NCBI GenBank assembly: GCA_963790025.1
Contig: CAWBMP010000005.1
Coordinates: forward strand, 480,001 to 544,000
DNA: 64,000 nucleotides
Direction of reading: 5' to 3'
DNA from: Nitrospirota bacterium
Lineage (GTDB): Bacteria; Nitrospirota; Thermodesulfovibrionia; Thermodesulfovibrionales; Dissulfurispiraceae
Shown in pieces: positions 20,891 to 33,213 of this stretch (position 1 is its first letter; the number at the start of each line of letters is the position of its first letter). Under the pieces are notes generated by a model. That model was given only the letters and a program-made list of their open reading frames with translations, had not been told where the DNA came from and searched no databases. Position numbers and translations under genes: made by a program.

Positions 20891-23800
20891 TTAATTGGTA
20901 CTTTTATCCAGTACTTCCCTGATTTTTTCAGAAATATCTTTTGCCGAGACTGGTTTCGAAATAAAATGCAATCCATCTCTATCTATTTTTTTGTCCTTTA
21001 AAATGTCCTCTCCATGCCCGCTCATTAATATGACCTTTACGTCAGGTTGTATTCTCTGCATCTCCTGATATGCCTCTTTGCCGCCCTTGTTCGGCATTAT
21101 AACATCCATCAGCACAAGATCAATATTGTTGTGGTGTTCACTGAACTCATTCACAGCATCATTTCCGTCCTCCGCCTCTATTACCTTATACCCTAATTTT
21201 TTCAGCAGCGTTGTCAGTGCTATTCTTATAAATGCTTCATCCTCAACCAATAATATTGTCTCTGCCCCGCCTACCGGAGGAATGTTATCCATGGTCCTTT
21301 TCTCCGCTATTTCCGTATCAATGGCAGGCAAGTATAGCATGAACGTTGTGCCTTTGCCTGGTTCACTGTAAACATTTATATAGCCGTTGTGCTGTTTTAT
21401 TGTACCATAAACCATAGCAAGTCCAAGTCCTGTGCCTTTCCCTACCGCCTTTGTGGTAAAAAAGGGCTCGAATATCTTTTCCATTGTCTGCTCGTCCATT
21501 CCCATTCCTGTGTCCTCGACCGACAACAGGGCATATTTGCCCCGCTTTCCATATCCGTGCTTATTTATGAAGTTGTCGTTCATCTCATAAGATTCTGTTC
21601 TTAAGGTCAATGTGCCGCCTTCAGGCATGGCATCCCTTGCATTCGTTGCAAGGTTTATTAATACCTGTTCTATCTGCCCCACATCGGCATTTAACACGAC
21701 ATCCTTGTCGGAAAGTTTCAAGTTTAACTTTATGTCCTCTCCTATCACTCTCGATAGGAGTTTTCCTATCGTGCCGACTATATCATTGAGACTGGACGGT
21801 TTTATGTCTAGTACCTGTTTTCGGCTGAAAGCCATAAGGTTCTTTATAAGGGCTGCAGCTCTATCTGTAAGGGCCGGCAAATAACTCAGGCTCTCCCTTG
21901 CCGGATCGTCTTCTTTTATTTCCATTTGAAGGATAGTGGTAAATCCCATTATTGCACCCAAAACATTGTTAAGGTCGTGAGCAATACCTCCGGCAAGCTG
22001 TCCCACCGCTTCCATTTTTTGAGCATGCAGAAGCTGCGCTGCAAGCTTCTTCTGTTCAGTAATATCACGCATTATTCCCCTGTATGCCAAAATGGACCCT
22101 TTCTCATCTTTGACGACAGATGATGTTGATAAAACAATCAGTCTCTTTCCGTCCTTCCTTTTCATCTCAATCTGATAGTCTTTAACAAATCCGTTTTTAT
22201 TCAGCATCGTCTGAAACATCTTCCTGTCTTCCGAATCGACATAAAGGTCTCTGGCAAGTTCGATTTTAAGCAATTCTTCTTTAGAGGAATACCCGAACAG
22301 TTCAACGCCTGCCTGGTTAATACTTAAAAACCTTCCTTCAGGTGAGCTCATGAAGACAACATCTTTCGATTCCTCAAAAAGGCTGCGATACTTCTCTTCG
22401 GATTCCCTCAGAGCTTCTTCAGCTTTCCTGCGCTCGGTAACGTCATGAAAACTCCATACACGTCCTATCACATTGTCATTAAACCATTGGGGACGGGAAT
22501 ACCGCTCAAAAATGCTGCCGTCTTTGAGCTCAATAATATCAAAGCTGTCAGCTTCAGGTTGATTGTACAGTCTTGTAACCGCATCAAGAAAGCCTTGTGG
22601 GTCCTTTAACCGGTTCGAAGCATACTCCAACGTCCTCCGCTCGTCTCTTGATGCCATCACGTCATAAGGTATCTGCCACATCGTTATAAAAAGTTTGTTA
22701 AACTCCTCGATTTGTCCGTTTGTGTTTACAACCAGGATGCCATCTGCCGTTGATTCCAATGTCGTCTTCAAAAGTGAAGCTGAAAGTTCACAAGCCTCCT
22801 CTGCCTGCTTCCTTTCTGTAATATCACGAACGGTATGGACAATCTGTGAGGCTGCGCCGGCATTGTCCATGATAGGTGATGTTGAAATTGCCAGCCATCT
22901 ATTGAGAGACGGTTCTAATGTTTCCAAATATTCTTTGCGTCCGCTTTCCTTTGTTTTATTGAGAGGACACCCTGTTAGAGGACAATCCATAACATGGAAA
23001 AACTCGTAGCATTTTCCTCCTATCAACTCTTCCCTGGTCTTTCCCAGCATCTTACAGAGGGACTGATTAACGTTAATGATCGTATGATCGGCAGAGTGCA
23101 GGGAAACACCGTCCGCCATAGCATCGAATAAAGCCGACCAATCACGGGCGGCAGTCTTGGCCGCTTCTGCTGCCTGCTTTCGCAAGGTTATGTCGCGCGC
23201 CGACGCATAAATGAGATATTCATCCCCAATCCGAAAACCGGTTGCATTGATTTCGACGTCTACAACAGTTCCATCCTTCCTGCGATGTCGTGTTTCAAAT
23301 ACCTGTCCCTCTCTGACAAGTGAACTGATTTTTTGCAAAAGCTCGTCCGGACTCCACTGGGCGTCCCAATCCATGACCTTTAAGGAGCTTGCCTCCTGTT
23401 CCGAGTATCCCAGATGAGAAAGAAAGGCATTGTTGCACTCCCGCAAGACACCGTTCGCGTCCAAAATGTGAATTGCATCTTTTGATGTTTGCATAAGAAG
23501 CTTATAGCGCCGGCTCTGGTTAGCAAGTTCTTTCGTTCTTTGTTCCACTTGTGCTTCTATTTCAGCGGTCCTAGTTATGTTTTTCCGAAGATAGAGGACT
23601 ATTAGATAAGTAATGAGCATACCTGCAAACAAATCAAACCACGGACGCCACGTTTTTCGTGACTCAACGAATTCTGCGGTCGGTTTCACAACTATTTCGT
23701 ATTTTCTGCCGGCGAAACTGATTAATCTCGAAATGCCATTTTGCCTATTTACATTAACATTGTTGATATCAAGAACTTGTGCACCGGCCCCTGGTGAAGA

Positions 23801-24619
23801 AGGGACCATGGCGAGGATTTTGGTCTCCAATGCATCCGTTGTGTCATAAAGATAGATGTCAACACCCTCCGGGGTCAGTGCTTTGATTGCTTGTTTGATT
23901 GCGTCTCTAAATCGTATTACAGTCAGAGCAAATCCGCGGAACCCTTGTCCTGAATCACTTTCAAAGACAGGTAAGAATACAATCGTTCCGAATTCCTTTT
24001 CGGTTTCCTGCACAAGGATGATTCGGGATGTGGCAATTGTTTGGCCAGTCTGGCGCGACAAGTTCAAAGCGGAGTTGCGTACTTTATCAGAAGAGAGGTC
24101 GTACCCAAGCGCAGCTGTATTCCCCTTGAATGGCTCGACATAAAATACCGGGAAGTACTCGGCACGACGCGAGGCCTTAACCAGACGGCCTGCCTTACTT
24201 CGCTCAACAATTGTGTAATTGCTCAGACCATCTTTGCGCGCCGATGCCTCATATTTCTCACGTTGAGAGTCATTCACTAAAGGTATCCACTCGAGGGCAC
24301 GCAGGCCGGGCTGATAACGTAACAAAGGCTGAGTAAAGTTCCTGAATTGGCTGCGGTCAACGCCGGCTGAGGATTCATAGAAAGCCTTGAGCTGAGTGAG
24401 GGTTTCCAGGTAGTCATTAAATCGATAGGTGATAGCGTAAATCCGCTCATCCGCGATTTTCTCAAAAGCAGAATGTATTTTGCTTTGTTCGCTGCGAGAA
24501 GCTTCCAGGAACAGATAAGAAGATGCCAGGACTCCTATGATGATAGTCAGTATCAGGGGATACAAACGAACATTGGATTTAACCGCAGTTGTTTCCTGTG
24601 ATGGCCCTGACATATTCAT
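20891..24619 (-). CDS. Hybrid sensor histidine kinase (CHASE - multiple PAS - HisKA - HATPase - REC); start uncertain (ORF open to 24655)
   Basis: CHASE motifs ([20 protein letters not shown]), four PAS-like repeats, [27 protein letters not shown]-terminal receiver. Confidence 0.93.
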   Translation of the reverse strand: MNMSGPSQETTAVKSNVRLYPLILTIIIGVLASSYLFLEASRSEQSKIHSAFEKIADERIYAITYRFNDYLETLTQLKAFYESSAGVDRSQFRNFTQPLLRYQPGLRALEWIPLVNDSQREKYEASARKDGLSNYTIVERSKAGRLVKASRRAEYFPVFYVEPFKGNTAALGYDLSSDKVRNSALNLSRQTGQTIATSRIILVQETEKEFGTIVFLPVFESDSGQGFRGFALTVIRFRDAIKQAIKALTPEGVDIYLYDTTDALETKILAMVPSSPGAGAQVLDINNVNVNRQNGISRLISFAGRKYEIVVKPTAEFVESRKTWRPWFDLFAGMLITYLIVLYLRKNITRTAEIEAQVEQRTKELANQSRRYKLLMQTSKDAIHILDANGVLRECNNAFLSHLGYSEQEASSLKVMDWDAQWSPDELLQKISSLVREGQVFETRHRRKDGTVVDVEINATGFRIGDEYLIYASARDITLRKQAAEAAKTAARDWSALFDAMADGVSLHSADHTIINVNQSLCKMLGKTREELIGGKCYEFFHVMDCPLTGCPLNKTKESGRKEYLETLEPSLNRWLAISTSPIMDNAGAASQIVHTVRDITERKQAEEACELSASLLKTTLESTADGILVVNTNGQIEEFNKLFITMWQIPYDVMASRDERRTLEYASNRLKDPQGFLDAVTRLYNQPEADSFDIIELKDGSIFERYSRPQWFNDNVIGRVWSFHDVTERRKAEEALRESEEKYRSLFEESKDVVFMSSPEGRFLSINQAGVELFGYSSKEELLKIELARDLYVDSEDRKMFQTMLNKNGFVKDYQIEMKRKDGKRLIVLSTSSVVKDEKGSILAYRGIMRDITEQKKLAAQLLHAQKMEAVGQLAGGIAHDLNNVLGAIMGFTTILQMEIKEDDPARESLSYLPALTDRAAALIKNLMAFSRKQVLDIKPSSLNDIVGTIGKLLSRVIGEDIKLNLKLSDKDVVLNADVGQIEQVLINLATNARDAMPEGGTLTLRTESYEMNDNFINKHGYGKRGKYALLSVEDTGMGMDEQTMEKIFEPFFTTKAVGKGTGLGLAMVYGTIKQHNGYINVYSEPGKGTTFMLYLPAIDTEIAEKRTMDNIPPVGGAETILLVEDEAFIRIALTTLLKKLGYKVIEAEDGNDAVNEFSEHHNNIDLVLMDVIMPNKGGKEAYQEMQRIQPDVKVILMSGHGEDILKDKKIDRDGLHFISKPVSAKDISEKIREVLDKSTN

Positions 24620-24718
24620 TGTCTCATAAGTCCTGTTATCTTTGAGCAGCCGCAATTAACATTTATCTTCGCCTGGTCGCTTATATGCGCCACGAAACAA
24701 CTGTTATTATACCTAAAA

Positions 24719-25714
24719 TCACTGTCTCTCCGTGACAGGGGTCCACGTCTTGTCGGGATCGTATGATTTCATATCACGGGCGATCTTAGTCGTGTTCGGA
24801 CCAAGGTTTTTTTGGTAGACCTTCCCCTGCTGATTGACGATAAAAGTCATTACCCCTGACTTGCCCCAGTTTGATGGAAAAGCGACAAGGCCGAAGCCGG
24901 CTACCATATTGCCATTGATGACGTAATTGTATTTCCCGCCGGGTGCATATTTACCCTGCCTTGTCAATATCCTGAAGTAGTAGCCGTGAAAAGGGACCGG
25001 TTGTTCCTTGAATAGGGACTTTCCTTTCTTGTAGCCCTCCATCCTGGCCTGTGCTACGAATTCACCCAGGGGGCTCAATTCCTCGCCCGGCGCCGCCTTC
25101 CAGAAGAGGCCGTTTTTCCTGCCTGGATCGCTGCGAAGTTTCTGTGCATAAGCAAGTACCCCGTTGCCGCTCCAGTCCTTAAGGCCATACTCGCGTTGGG
25201 CCTTGACGTATGTCCGGCAGACCAGTATGGTAGTGAGTTCGTCTTCCCCGATCCGTCTGTTAAGGATTTCCTCCTTGCCGGCCACGGTATCAAAAAACCA
25301 TTGGTCATCATTTCTTACGATTGGAATAGGAAAGGGCCAGTTATCGTTTCCTACGTGAAGGACCACCTTTGAATCATTCTCTTTAACGAGTTCGGTTCTC
25401 TCTGCGAGGTGCTTGGCAAACTGCTCGAATTCAGTGGCTGCCTGTACCTCGTCGCCGGAACGAAGCTCTTTGGCTGCCGGCCCGAATATCTGGTCGAGTG
25501 CAACCCTGTCTTTTGCCTTGACGGCCTGAACGAGGGCCTGCAGGGCATCTTCAGGTGAGGAGAAGAGTTTTTCCGATGCCGCTCCAACATACGGTAGCCT
25601 CCAGATAATAACTAATGATGCAGCTGCCAAAATCAGGGAGATAAAAACCATACTCCGCGAACGAAATACGGATTGCAGATTCATCTTCATAGTTTCCTTC
25701 CTTTCTTTATTCAT
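24719..25714 (-). CDS. DUF2950 family protein
   Basis: WPFPIPIV, EILNRRIGEDEL, PFHGYYFRIL, SGVMTFIVNQQG; paired with DUF3300. Confidence 0.85.
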   Translation of the reverse strand: MNKERKETMKMNLQSVFRSRSMVFISLILAAASLVIIWRLPYVGAASEKLFSSPEDALQALVQAVKAKDRVALDQIFGPAAKELRSGDEVQAATEFEQFAKHLAERTELVKENDSKVVLHVGNDNWPFPIPIVRNDDQWFFDTVAGKEEILNRRIGEDELTTILVCRTYVKAQREYGLKDWSGNGVLAYAQKLRSDPGRKNGLFWKAAPGEELSPLGEFVAQARMEGYKKGKSLFKEQPVPFHGYYFRILTRQGKYAPGGKYNYVINGNMVAGFGLVAFPSNWGKSGVMTFIVNQQGKVYQKNLGPNTTKIARDMKSYDPDKTWTPVTERQ

Positions 25715-26907
25715 TTACGACCGCCTCTGCCTGCTGGTGCAGCGGCGGGGCGTGCCGGCGCGCTGCTCTGGCGGCTGGCCTGACCGCGCATGCTCTCTGT
25801 CCTGGCCTCGTTAGCTCCCCTGTAACCGCCAAATACACCAGATGGCTCCCTTGGCGGGGTGGCTCTCGGGGTGGCGGCGACTGGAGGCTGCGTTTCAGGC
25901 CGGCGGCTGATGGCTGCAGGCGGTTGTGCAGCATGCGGCTGGGCCGTGCCGAGACTTTCCCTGCCGCGAATGCTGAATGTTCTGACATCGGCCGCAGATC
26001 CGGACATCCCGAACGCTCCACCCGAAGGAGTTGCCGGTGTTGTGGTCCCCCGACCCCTGACTTCAAACGGATGAATGTTCCCACGATTCATCGGGATGCT
26101 ATGTTGGGCCACGAACCTTTCCGGGTCGCCATGTGCCGGATCATGCCGCCATGTCTGATTTAAGTAAGGCCTGCTGTTATTGACGTAAACATTTGTTATG
26201 TGAACATAGGGCCTTGAATGATCGACCCAGCCGGGGCGGTTCCATCCATGATAGAACACGTGATGGTTACGCCAGTCAAAGTCCAGGCCCAGCCAATCGC
26301 CGATTGCCAGACCAACCCCAAAGGTAATGAAAGGGACCATGCCGGGCGTCCACCTTTGGGTATATACAAACGCAGGGTCATACTGAGGCACATACATATA
26401 TTGAGGTTGTGCCGGCTCGATTTGTATGTCATCTCCGTCAGTGATTACTCCCTGATCATTGTTACTCACCAGGTTCCCGGCATCCCGTGCCTGCCACCGG
26501 AGCCGCTGAATTGACTTTGTCACATCTTCCGGCTGGTTCAGAAAGGCATCGCCGAGATCGGAAGTCCAAACCATATTGTCGGCCATCGTGTAGAGAACGT
26601 CGGGATAGCGGGCGATTGCCTTGACGCTTTCGGCCCAGTTTTGTTGATCGATTTGCGATATTTGCCCGCCTCCTCTCAGCCATGCTGCTGCATCGGCCAC
26701 CTCGCCCGGATATGTTGAGGCCGGAAGCATCTGGGCCAGCAGAGGGTCAGGGTAAAGCGCGATTGGTGCAAGGAGGGCATCAATCTCATTGTCAGTGAAT
26801 GCATATGCCGGGAGCGTTGAAAGGAAAACAACGAGTATAACCAGCAGACTTTTTATGCAGTTCCTAGACATAAGCGTAAATCCTTCCCCCATTTGCTTTG
26901 GAAGCAC
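25711..26907 (-). CDS. DUF3300 family protein (start uncertain)
   Basis: LLAPIALYPDPLLAQMLPASTYP, YVPQYDP, low-complexity C-terminus. Confidence 0.85.
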   Translation of the reverse strand: MLPKQMGEGFTLMSRNCIKSLLVILVVFLSTLPAYAFTDNEIDALLAPIALYPDPLLAQMLPASTYPGEVADAAAWLRGGGQISQIDQQNWAESVKAIARYPDVLYTMADNMVWTSDLGDAFLNQPEDVTKSIQRLRWQARDAGNLVSNNDQGVITDGDDIQIEPAQPQYMYVPQYDPAFVYTQRWTPGMVPFITFGVGLAIGDWLGLDFDWRNHHVFYHGWNRPGWVDHSRPYVHITNVYVNNSRPYLNQTWRHDPAHGDPERFVAQHSIPMNRGNIHPFEVRGRGTTTPATPSGGAFGMSGSAADVRTFSIRGRESLGTAQPHAAQPPAAISRRPETQPPVAATPRATPPREPSGVFGGYRGANEARTESMRGQASRQSSAPARPAAAPAGRGGRK

Positions 26908-26994
26908 TCAAATATACCGGACTATTGTTTACCATAGCAATAGTTTTTATTATATTATCACGGTATTGTAAAAGCAATTATGCCTGCACAGACC

Positions 26995-27654
26995 CTAAAA
27001 TTGGTTCTTCCGCAGAGTTGCATTTTCCGGAAATGACGCTTTGCTTATCTTTCTCGTATCTGTTCCGCGGTAATTCCCTGCTCTCAGGAGGGCGATAAAA
27101 TTTTCGGGAGTCACTCGGTCAGAGAATTCCGTATAACACAGGCCTACGCCCCTGGAGTCGTGGGCATCTGAGCCGCCCGTATAGGGCAAACGTAAAGCTG
27201 TTGCGGTTTTAATGGCCTGCATATTAAAAGAATAAATATTACAGCCATTGTGGCCCTCGACGGCGCATAGGCCATCTATCCTCTTTATGACATCACCAAG
27301 GCTGTTAATTCCCCGGTATGGATGCGCTGGAATGACCACGCCTCCGTGTCGATTCACAGTTCGTAAAATTTCCGTTATGGGCAAATGCTTTGAAAGCAGG
27401 TTGTCTGTATTGACCCCGAAGATCAAACAGTGCCCTTCCTCGGCAGAAAACTCAACGCCGCGAAACACGAGGACCTGTTCCTTGTATCTTTCCCGCAGCA
27501 CTTCGACAGGCTCCGAAGCCTCATAGGAATAATGTTCGGTGAAAGCTATTCCATGCAGTCCAATCTTTATGGCTTGCAGAATCAATTCTTCAGGGTCTGC
27601 ATCGGAGTCTCCACTTGCCCACGAGTGAACATGAACGTCTACATTGAATCCCAT
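26995..27654 (-). CDS. PHP-domain metal-dependent phosphoesterase
   Basis: DVHVHS, FTEH, AHPYR, GGSDAH. Confidence 0.9.
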   Translation of the reverse strand: MGFNVDVHVHSWASGDSDADPEELILQAIKIGLHGIAFTEHYSYEASEPVEVLRERYKEQVLVFRGVEFSAEEGHCLIFGVNTDNLLSKHLPITEILRTVNRHGGVVIPAHPYRGINSLGDVIKRIDGLCAVEGHNGCNIYSFNMQAIKTATALRLPYTGGSDAHDSRGVGLCYTEFSDRVTPENFIALLRAGNYRGTDTRKISKASFPENATLRKNQF

Positions 27655-27769
27655 TATTTAAATAATACACCAGAGGTAAAGGAAAAGGTAAATGATATTA
27701 CAAAAGTGCTTTACGACGTAATTATCTTGAAACTGTTATTGTATTGTCATATAATCAATACTATAAAGG

Positions 27770-28981
27770 ATGACTATGGATATATATATTGCGCGACAGC
27801 CTATCCTGGACAGAAACAAAGCACTGTTTGCATATGAATTGCTCTTTCGGGACGGGTTGTCCAATTATTTTCCGGAAATAGACGGCGATACCGCTACTTC
27901 AAAAGTACTTTCCGGCAGTTTTCTGACTATGGGCATCAATAATATTACCGGAGGGAAAAAGGCATTCGTTAATTTTACGGAGAACCTTTTAACGTCAGAT
28001 ATTCCTTTTATGTTTTCGCGCGAGTCAACCGTGGTGGAAATCCTGGAAGACGTCATCCCGAGTAAGCATGTTTTGGAATCTTGCAGAAAATTATCTTCAG
28101 CCGGGTATTGTTTGGCCCTTGATGACTTTCTTTTCAATACTGGAAGACAATCGTTCATGAATCTTGTAAACATTGTTAAAATAGATTTCCGCTCGATACC
28201 TATGGACGAGATAAAAAAAATGATGACTAATGCCGAACTTGGTGGAATAAAGTTTCTTGCGGAGAAAATCGAAACAAATGAAGAGTTCAGGGCGGCGTTC
28301 GATATGGGCTTTGAATATTTTCAGGGCTACTTCTTCAGCGAGCCTGAGGTCATGAGGGGTAAGGAACTCGGCAGCACCACCATACAGATACTGGACCTGA
28401 TTGTTGAAGTGAACAAGGAGACTGCCGACCTGGACAAACTCAACGATATCATTGAGCGTGATGTTTCTCTTTCATACAAACTTCTCCGATATGTCAACTC
28501 AGCTTGCATGAAAAGGAGGACCGAAATCTCTTCGATAAGGAAGGCCATAATGATTATAGGTCTTGATGAGTTGAAGAAGTTGGTCTCATTGATCTCGCTG
28601 TCCAAGGTCGCTGTGGATAAACCTGACGAGCTGATTAAAAGATCGTGCATAAAGGCGAGGTTTTGTGAAAAACTGGGCCATGAAAGCGCCAGCCAGATAA
28701 AAAACGTACTGTTCCTGCTCGGGCTTTTTGCTCATATAGATGGCATACTGGACCAACCGATGAAAGAGATCATGGAAAAAATACCCATCTCAAAGATCAT
28801 CGTGGATGCATTGGTGAATGGCGTTGGAGAGGCGATACCTTATTTAAGGCTGGCTGAATGTTATGAAATGGGGGAGTGGGAGGACGTTAAGAAATATGCC
28901 GCTCAAACCTGTGTAGATGAGGGCGTGATCCCGGTCCTTTATGTTGAGGCCTGCAAATGGGCCGACGAATTTACGCTTTAG
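27770..28981 (+). CDS. EAL/HDOD domain protein (YuxH/PdeH-like)
   Basis: IARQPILD, YELLFR, ALDDF, LAEKIET, FQGYFFS, followed by HDOD (LSYKLLRYVNSA). Confidence 0.9.
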   Translation: MTMDIYIARQPILDRNKALFAYELLFRDGLSNYFPEIDGDTATSKVLSGSFLTMGINNITGGKKAFVNFTENLLTSDIPFMFSRESTVVEILEDVIPSKHVLESCRKLSSAGYCLALDDFLFNTGRQSFMNLVNIVKIDFRSIPMDEIKKMMTNAELGGIKFLAEKIETNEEFRAAFDMGFEYFQGYFFSEPEVMRGKELGSTTIQILDLIVEVNKETADLDKLNDIIERDVSLSYKLLRYVNSACMKRRTEISSIRKAIMIIGLDELKKLVSLISLSKVAVDKPDELIKRSCIKARFCEKLGHESASQIKNVLFLLGLFAHIDGILDQPMKEIMEKIPISKIIVDALVNGVGEAIPYLRLAECYEMGEWEDVKKYAAQTCVDEGVIPVLYVEACKWADEFTL

Positions 28982-29405
28982 ACCGGTCTTCGGTCTCAAT
29001 TTGCTCGTTGAGATTAAGGTTCCGGCGTATTGCGATGACTTTTTCAATAGCCTCTCTGACGACCCGACGCACCTCGTCAAGCTGAAATGGTTTTGACACG
29101 CAGTAAAAAACTTCATGTTTAATGCTTTCGGCAACAAAATTGAGCGATCCATAGCCGGTGATCATGATTACCTGTGTATCAGGATGAAGTTCCCGACTGC
29201 ACGTCAATATTTCTATTCCGTCGACTTTTTCCATTTTTAAGTCCGTAAGCACCACATCGAAATGCTGTTCATAGAGCAGTTTAAGCGCGTTTTGTCCGCT
29301 CTGGGTGGCCGTGACGCTGTACCCTTCCTTTTTCATCACATGTTCGAGGTTGTTAAGTGCTATTTTTTCATCGTCAACTATCAATATTTTTGCATTGTTA
29401 TGCAT
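28971..29405 (-). pseudogene. Truncated copy of the sigma-54 response regulator (receiver domain only)
   Basis: Near-identical to the 5' part of 7771-9141; ends after QIETE with no AAA+ domain; overlaps the convergent gene end. Confidence 0.8.
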
Positions 29406-29423
29406 TATTTTTGCTCCCTTCCT

Positions 29424-29500
29424 AAAAGCAGGTAGAGGCAAAGGCAGAGGTTAAGAAAAAAAAGGAATTAGTTTTTGTTCTTAACCTATACCTGTACCTT
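29424..29500. repeat. Hexamer-built intergenic inverted repeat (AGGTAN family)
   Basis: AAAAGCAGGTAGAGGCAAAGGCAGAGGTTAAGAA...TTCTTAACCTATACCTGTACCTT. Confidence 0.7.
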
Positions 29501-31004
29501 TGTTTGTATCTTTTGGTATGGGCAGGCGAATTAGAAATGTGGTACCGCTGCCTACACGGCTATCGACCGCAATGCAGCCGTCGTGTTCTAAAATAATTTC
29601 ATGTACAATGGACAACCCCAGCCCGGAACCCTGACCTACATCCTTTGTAGTGAAGAAGGGGTCAAACACCTTTGGCAGTATATCAGCGGGTATGCCAGGT
29701 CCGGTGTCCGATATTTCTATGTCAACGGTATCTTCCTCAAGAGTGCACTTGCCGTGGTATTTCAGGTAATTGTATATCTCCGGCTCCTCTTCTTCCAGTT
29801 TCTCTATTGCGCTCCGCTGCTGCGCCTTGATATAAAGTATACCCTCATCGAACATAGCTTGAAGGGCATTCTTGATAAGGTTAAGAAACACCTGCTGGAT
29901 ACGCTGTTTATCGGCGAATATCACTACGTTGTCCGGCACGCTGACTTCAATCCCGACCTTTGTGGGTACCTGCCCTTTTAGAAAACGTATAGTTTCGTCT
30001 ATAAGTATCTTAAGCGGCAGCAGCTCTTTTTTGAAGTCCTTTTTTCGTGAGAATTCAAGCAGCGACCTGACGATATTCCTTGCTCTGTCGGTCTGATCGT
30101 CGATTTGTAATAGCAGTTCCTTCTTGTACTCCATATCATCTTCCCCGATCTCTTCAGTTAAAATCTGGCAGGAGGATGAGATATTTGAAAGAGGGTTGTT
30201 GAGTTCATGCGCCACGCCCGACAGAAGGGTACCCAGCGACGCCAGCTTCTCTGTCTGGATAAGATGCCGCTGCCTCAGTTCAAGTTCCTTGAGCATTTTA
30301 TTGACGGCATTAGTAAGAGAGACAATCTCCCTGTCTTTTGAATCAATGTGTATAATGTCAAACCGCCCATCTGCGATGATCTCCATACTTTCTTCCAGCG
30401 ATTTGAGGGGCCTGATCACCATCCTGGACAGGATATGTCCGACGACAATGCCGAGCAAGGAAAGGAAGATGATCGAAAAAATCAGCACGCTTTGAGAATT
30501 GTAAAGCTGAACCTGCAGGTTCTTCCTCTCGATCCTGACGATGCCCTCAGTTATGTTCACAATTTCTTTGCCCAGTTTTCTGATTTTTCCATCAAGAATT
30601 TCCTTATTAGGCAATGTGCCTGTTTCGGGTTTGGCATATTGCTTCATGAGGTCCTTGTATTCCCTGATATTCTGCAGCAGCATCGAGGTTTGCATAGGAC
30701 TGGCAACGGAATTGAATTCCGTCAGATTTTCTTCAAGGGATTTCTGTGCCTCACCGACATAATTGAGGTTCTCCTGATAATCGGATTCCTGCTTATAGAG
30801 AAAAAAGTTTTTCTCAAAGCGTCTCATTTCCAGTGTAGTATTGAAAAATTCGGCAATGGTTTTACCGAAAAGGATTTTTTTTTCAATAAACCTGAGCTCG
30901 ATAAAGGAAAAAACAGAAAGCGCGATTATTATAGGAACAATTGCATAATACCCGAATGTGATTTTTTGCCTGATGCTCGGGCGATATTTGAATTTCTTCA
31001 GCAT
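29481..31004 (-). CDS. Membrane sensor histidine kinase (HAMP-HisKA-HATPase)
   Basis: Two TM helices, HAMP, GVAHELNNPL, DTGPGI, FFTTKDVGQGSGLGL. Confidence 0.94.
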   Translation of the reverse strand: MLKKFKYRPSIRQKITFGYYAIVPIIIALSVFSFIELRFIEKKILFGKTIAEFFNTTLEMRRFEKNFFLYKQESDYQENLNYVGEAQKSLEENLTEFNSVASPMQTSMLLQNIREYKDLMKQYAKPETGTLPNKEILDGKIRKLGKEIVNITEGIVRIERKNLQVQLYNSQSVLIFSIIFLSLLGIVVGHILSRMVIRPLKSLEESMEIIADGRFDIIHIDSKDREIVSLTNAVNKMLKELELRQRHLIQTEKLASLGTLLSGVAHELNNPLSNISSSCQILTEEIGEDDMEYKKELLLQIDDQTDRARNIVRSLLEFSRKKDFKKELLPLKILIDETIRFLKGQVPTKVGIEVSVPDNVVIFADKQRIQQVFLNLIKNALQAMFDEGILYIKAQQRSAIEKLEEEEPEIYNYLKYHGKCTLEEDTVDIEISDTGPGIPADILPKVFDPFFTTKDVGQGSGLGLSIVHEIILEHDGCIAVDSRVGSGTTFLIRLPIPKDTNKGTGIG

Positions 31005-31096
31005 TATTTCAATCTAACACACCACTATCGCAAAAGCAACGGCAGCCGAATATTTCGTACCTATTCCCCAATTTGCCGATTCAGCTATATACCGAT

Positions 31097-33115
31097 TTAT
31101 TCCACCAGCACGAGATCGATCAATTCGTTAATCGCATCGGCAAAGTGAATGTCAACGCCGTTTGTCACCTCTACTGACAGATCGGCAACTTCGGCTTTGT
31201 TGCGGGCAGGGAGAACGACAGCTTTTACGCCGGCCCTTTTTGCGGCAAGGATTTTTTCTTTAATGCCCCGGACCGGCAAAATCCTTCCGGTCAACGTAAT
31301 TTCTCCGGTCATGGCTACATCGCGTCTTGCCGGTTTTTTGGTCAGAAGCGAGAAGATTGCCATGGCTATGGTTATTCCGGCAGAAGGCCCGTCCTTCTGG
31401 ATGGCCCCGGAAGGCACGTGGATATGAATATCATGATTCTCGAAGAAATCCTCCGGTATGCCGTAGGCTGCGGCATGACTTCGTATGAAACTCAGTGCGG
31501 CCTGGGCAGACTCTCTCATGACTTCACCCAGTGAGCCTGTCATGATAAGCTCATTCTTACCTTTCATGGCAACTGCTTCTATAAAGATTATATCGCCGCC
31601 TACCTGGGTGAGTACGAGCCCAGTAGTGACCCCGATTTTGTCTTTCTCGCCCGCAACCTCGAAGTAATGATGTCTCTGTCCGAGATATCGCTCTACATCA
31701 CCAGTTGTAACGGTGACGGAATTCGGCTTCGCTTCTGTTGGACCTGAGCACTGCACTATGTCCCTTGCTATTCTACGGCATACGGTAGCAATTTCCCTTT
31801 GGAGGTTCCTCGTGCCGGCCTCATGCGTGTAGTTGTCCACAATGCAGGCGACCGCGTCTTCTGTAAACACTACAGGAGCGCTTTCAATGCCCTTTTCCCT
31901 GATCTGCCTCGGGATAATGAACTGTGAGGCGATCCGGATTTTTTCCTCCCGGGTAAAGCCGGTGAATTCGAGCACCTCCATCCGGTCCATTAGCGGGCCC
32001 GGAATGGTTTCGACTGTATTGGACGTGAGAATGAACATGACAAAAGAAAGGTCGAAGGGCACATCGAGATAGTGATCGACAAAACTGTGGTTTTGCTCCG
32101 GGTCCAGTACCTCAAGCAGTGCCGAAGAGGGGTCCCCCTTGAAATCACGTCCCATTTTGTCCAGTTCATCGAGCATAATGACCGGATTTGAAGATTCCGC
32201 CCTCCGTATCTCTTCGATGATCCTGCCGGGTTTTGCGCCTACATAGGTACGTCTGTGTCCTCTGATTTCGGCCTCGTCTCTCAACCCGCCCAGTGCTATC
32301 CTTGCAAACTTCCTTCCAAGCGCATCAGCAATGGCCCTTCCCATTGATGTCTTGCCTGTGCCCGGAGGTCCTGCAAAGCACAGAACAGAACCCCTGATAT
32401 GCTGCGTCCTGGTCCTGCTCTCCAGTGCCTGCCGGACAGCGCCGCGCACTTCATCCAGTTTAAAAGGTTTGGCAAGATAGGAGAAAGCGCCTTTCTTCAT
32501 CGCTTCCACAGCAGATGGGACAGTGGCATACCCGGTTACCATTATGACTCTTGTATCGGGCTGTCCCAATCTTATGTTTTCGAGTATCTCCATACCGTCT
32601 ACGCCCGGCATTTTAATATCAGAAATTACTACATCGAATGTAGAGGCAGATAACTTGGTCAAAGCATCCCTGCCGTCTTCGGCGGTCATAACTTCATAGG
32701 CGTCTTTCTCAAGAATATGTGAGAGGTTTTTACGCGCAACTGCTTCGTCATCGATTACAAGTATGCGGGGCTTTCTGTTCATAATAAGTGACTTTACCGC
32801 CAGATGTTCCAGGATTCTCTCTTTGATGGCAGGCAGTCCGTAATGGTTTTTGTCCAGTATCGCTTTCGCGCGTATCAGATCTATGGTGTCCTCAGTCTTC
32901 TTATTCCAGGGAAGGGCGGCAAGGTAATGAATATACGTCAAACCGATAGAATATTCGGTGGTCGACGGACCTATCTTGGAAAGGCCATCAAGCTCCTGAA
33001 GAGCGATCTTCTCAACCTGCGGAGGCATGTGTGCTGCCGTGATGAGTTCCTCTAGTTCATCGAGCGCCGGGTCATGCTGATTCTGATCGTCATCGTCCTT
33101 TTTAAAGAATTTCAT
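31097..33115 (-). CDS. lon: Lon (S16) protease lacking the N-terminal domain, with an inserted response-regulator receiver domain
   Basis: [18 protein letters not shown] insert (~32420-32770), [21 protein letters not shown] (Ser), GIKEKILAA (Lys); start 33115 or 33157. Confidence 0.9.
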   Translation of the reverse strand: MKFFKKDDDDQNQHDPALDELEELITAAHMPPQVEKIALQELDGLSKIGPSTTEYSIGLTYIHYLAALPWNKKTEDTIDLIRAKAILDKNHYGLPAIKERILEHLAVKSLIMNRKPRILVIDDEAVARKNLSHILEKDAYEVMTAEDGRDALTKLSASTFDVVISDIKMPGVDGMEILENIRLGQPDTRVIMVTGYATVPSAVEAMKKGAFSYLAKPFKLDEVRGAVRQALESRTRTQHIRGSVLCFAGPPGTGKTSMGRAIADALGRKFARIALGGLRDEAEIRGHRRTYVGAKPGRIIEEIRRAESSNPVIMLDELDKMGRDFKGDPSSALLEVLDPEQNHSFVDHYLDVPFDLSFVMFILTSNTVETIPGPLMDRMEVLEFTGFTREEKIRIASQFIIPRQIREKGIESAPVVFTEDAVACIVDNYTHEAGTRNLQREIATVCRRIARDIVQCSGPTEAKPNSVTVTTGDVERYLGQRHHYFEVAGEKDKIGVTTGLVLTQVGGDIIFIEAVAMKGKNELIMTGSLGEVMRESAQAALSFIRSHAAAYGIPEDFFENHDIHIHVPSGAIQKDGPSAGITIAMAIFSLLTKKPARRDVAMTGEITLTGRILPVRGIKEKILAAKRAGVKAVVLPARNKAEVADLSVEVTNGVDIHFADAINELIDLVLVE

Positions 33116-33213
33116 GGTCTTTCCGTAACAGGGGTCCAAGTCTTGTCGGGATTGCATGATCGCATCTTGGAACGCACCCTGAATTACATGTTTGTAGTGA
33201 GCTCATTGTCGTA

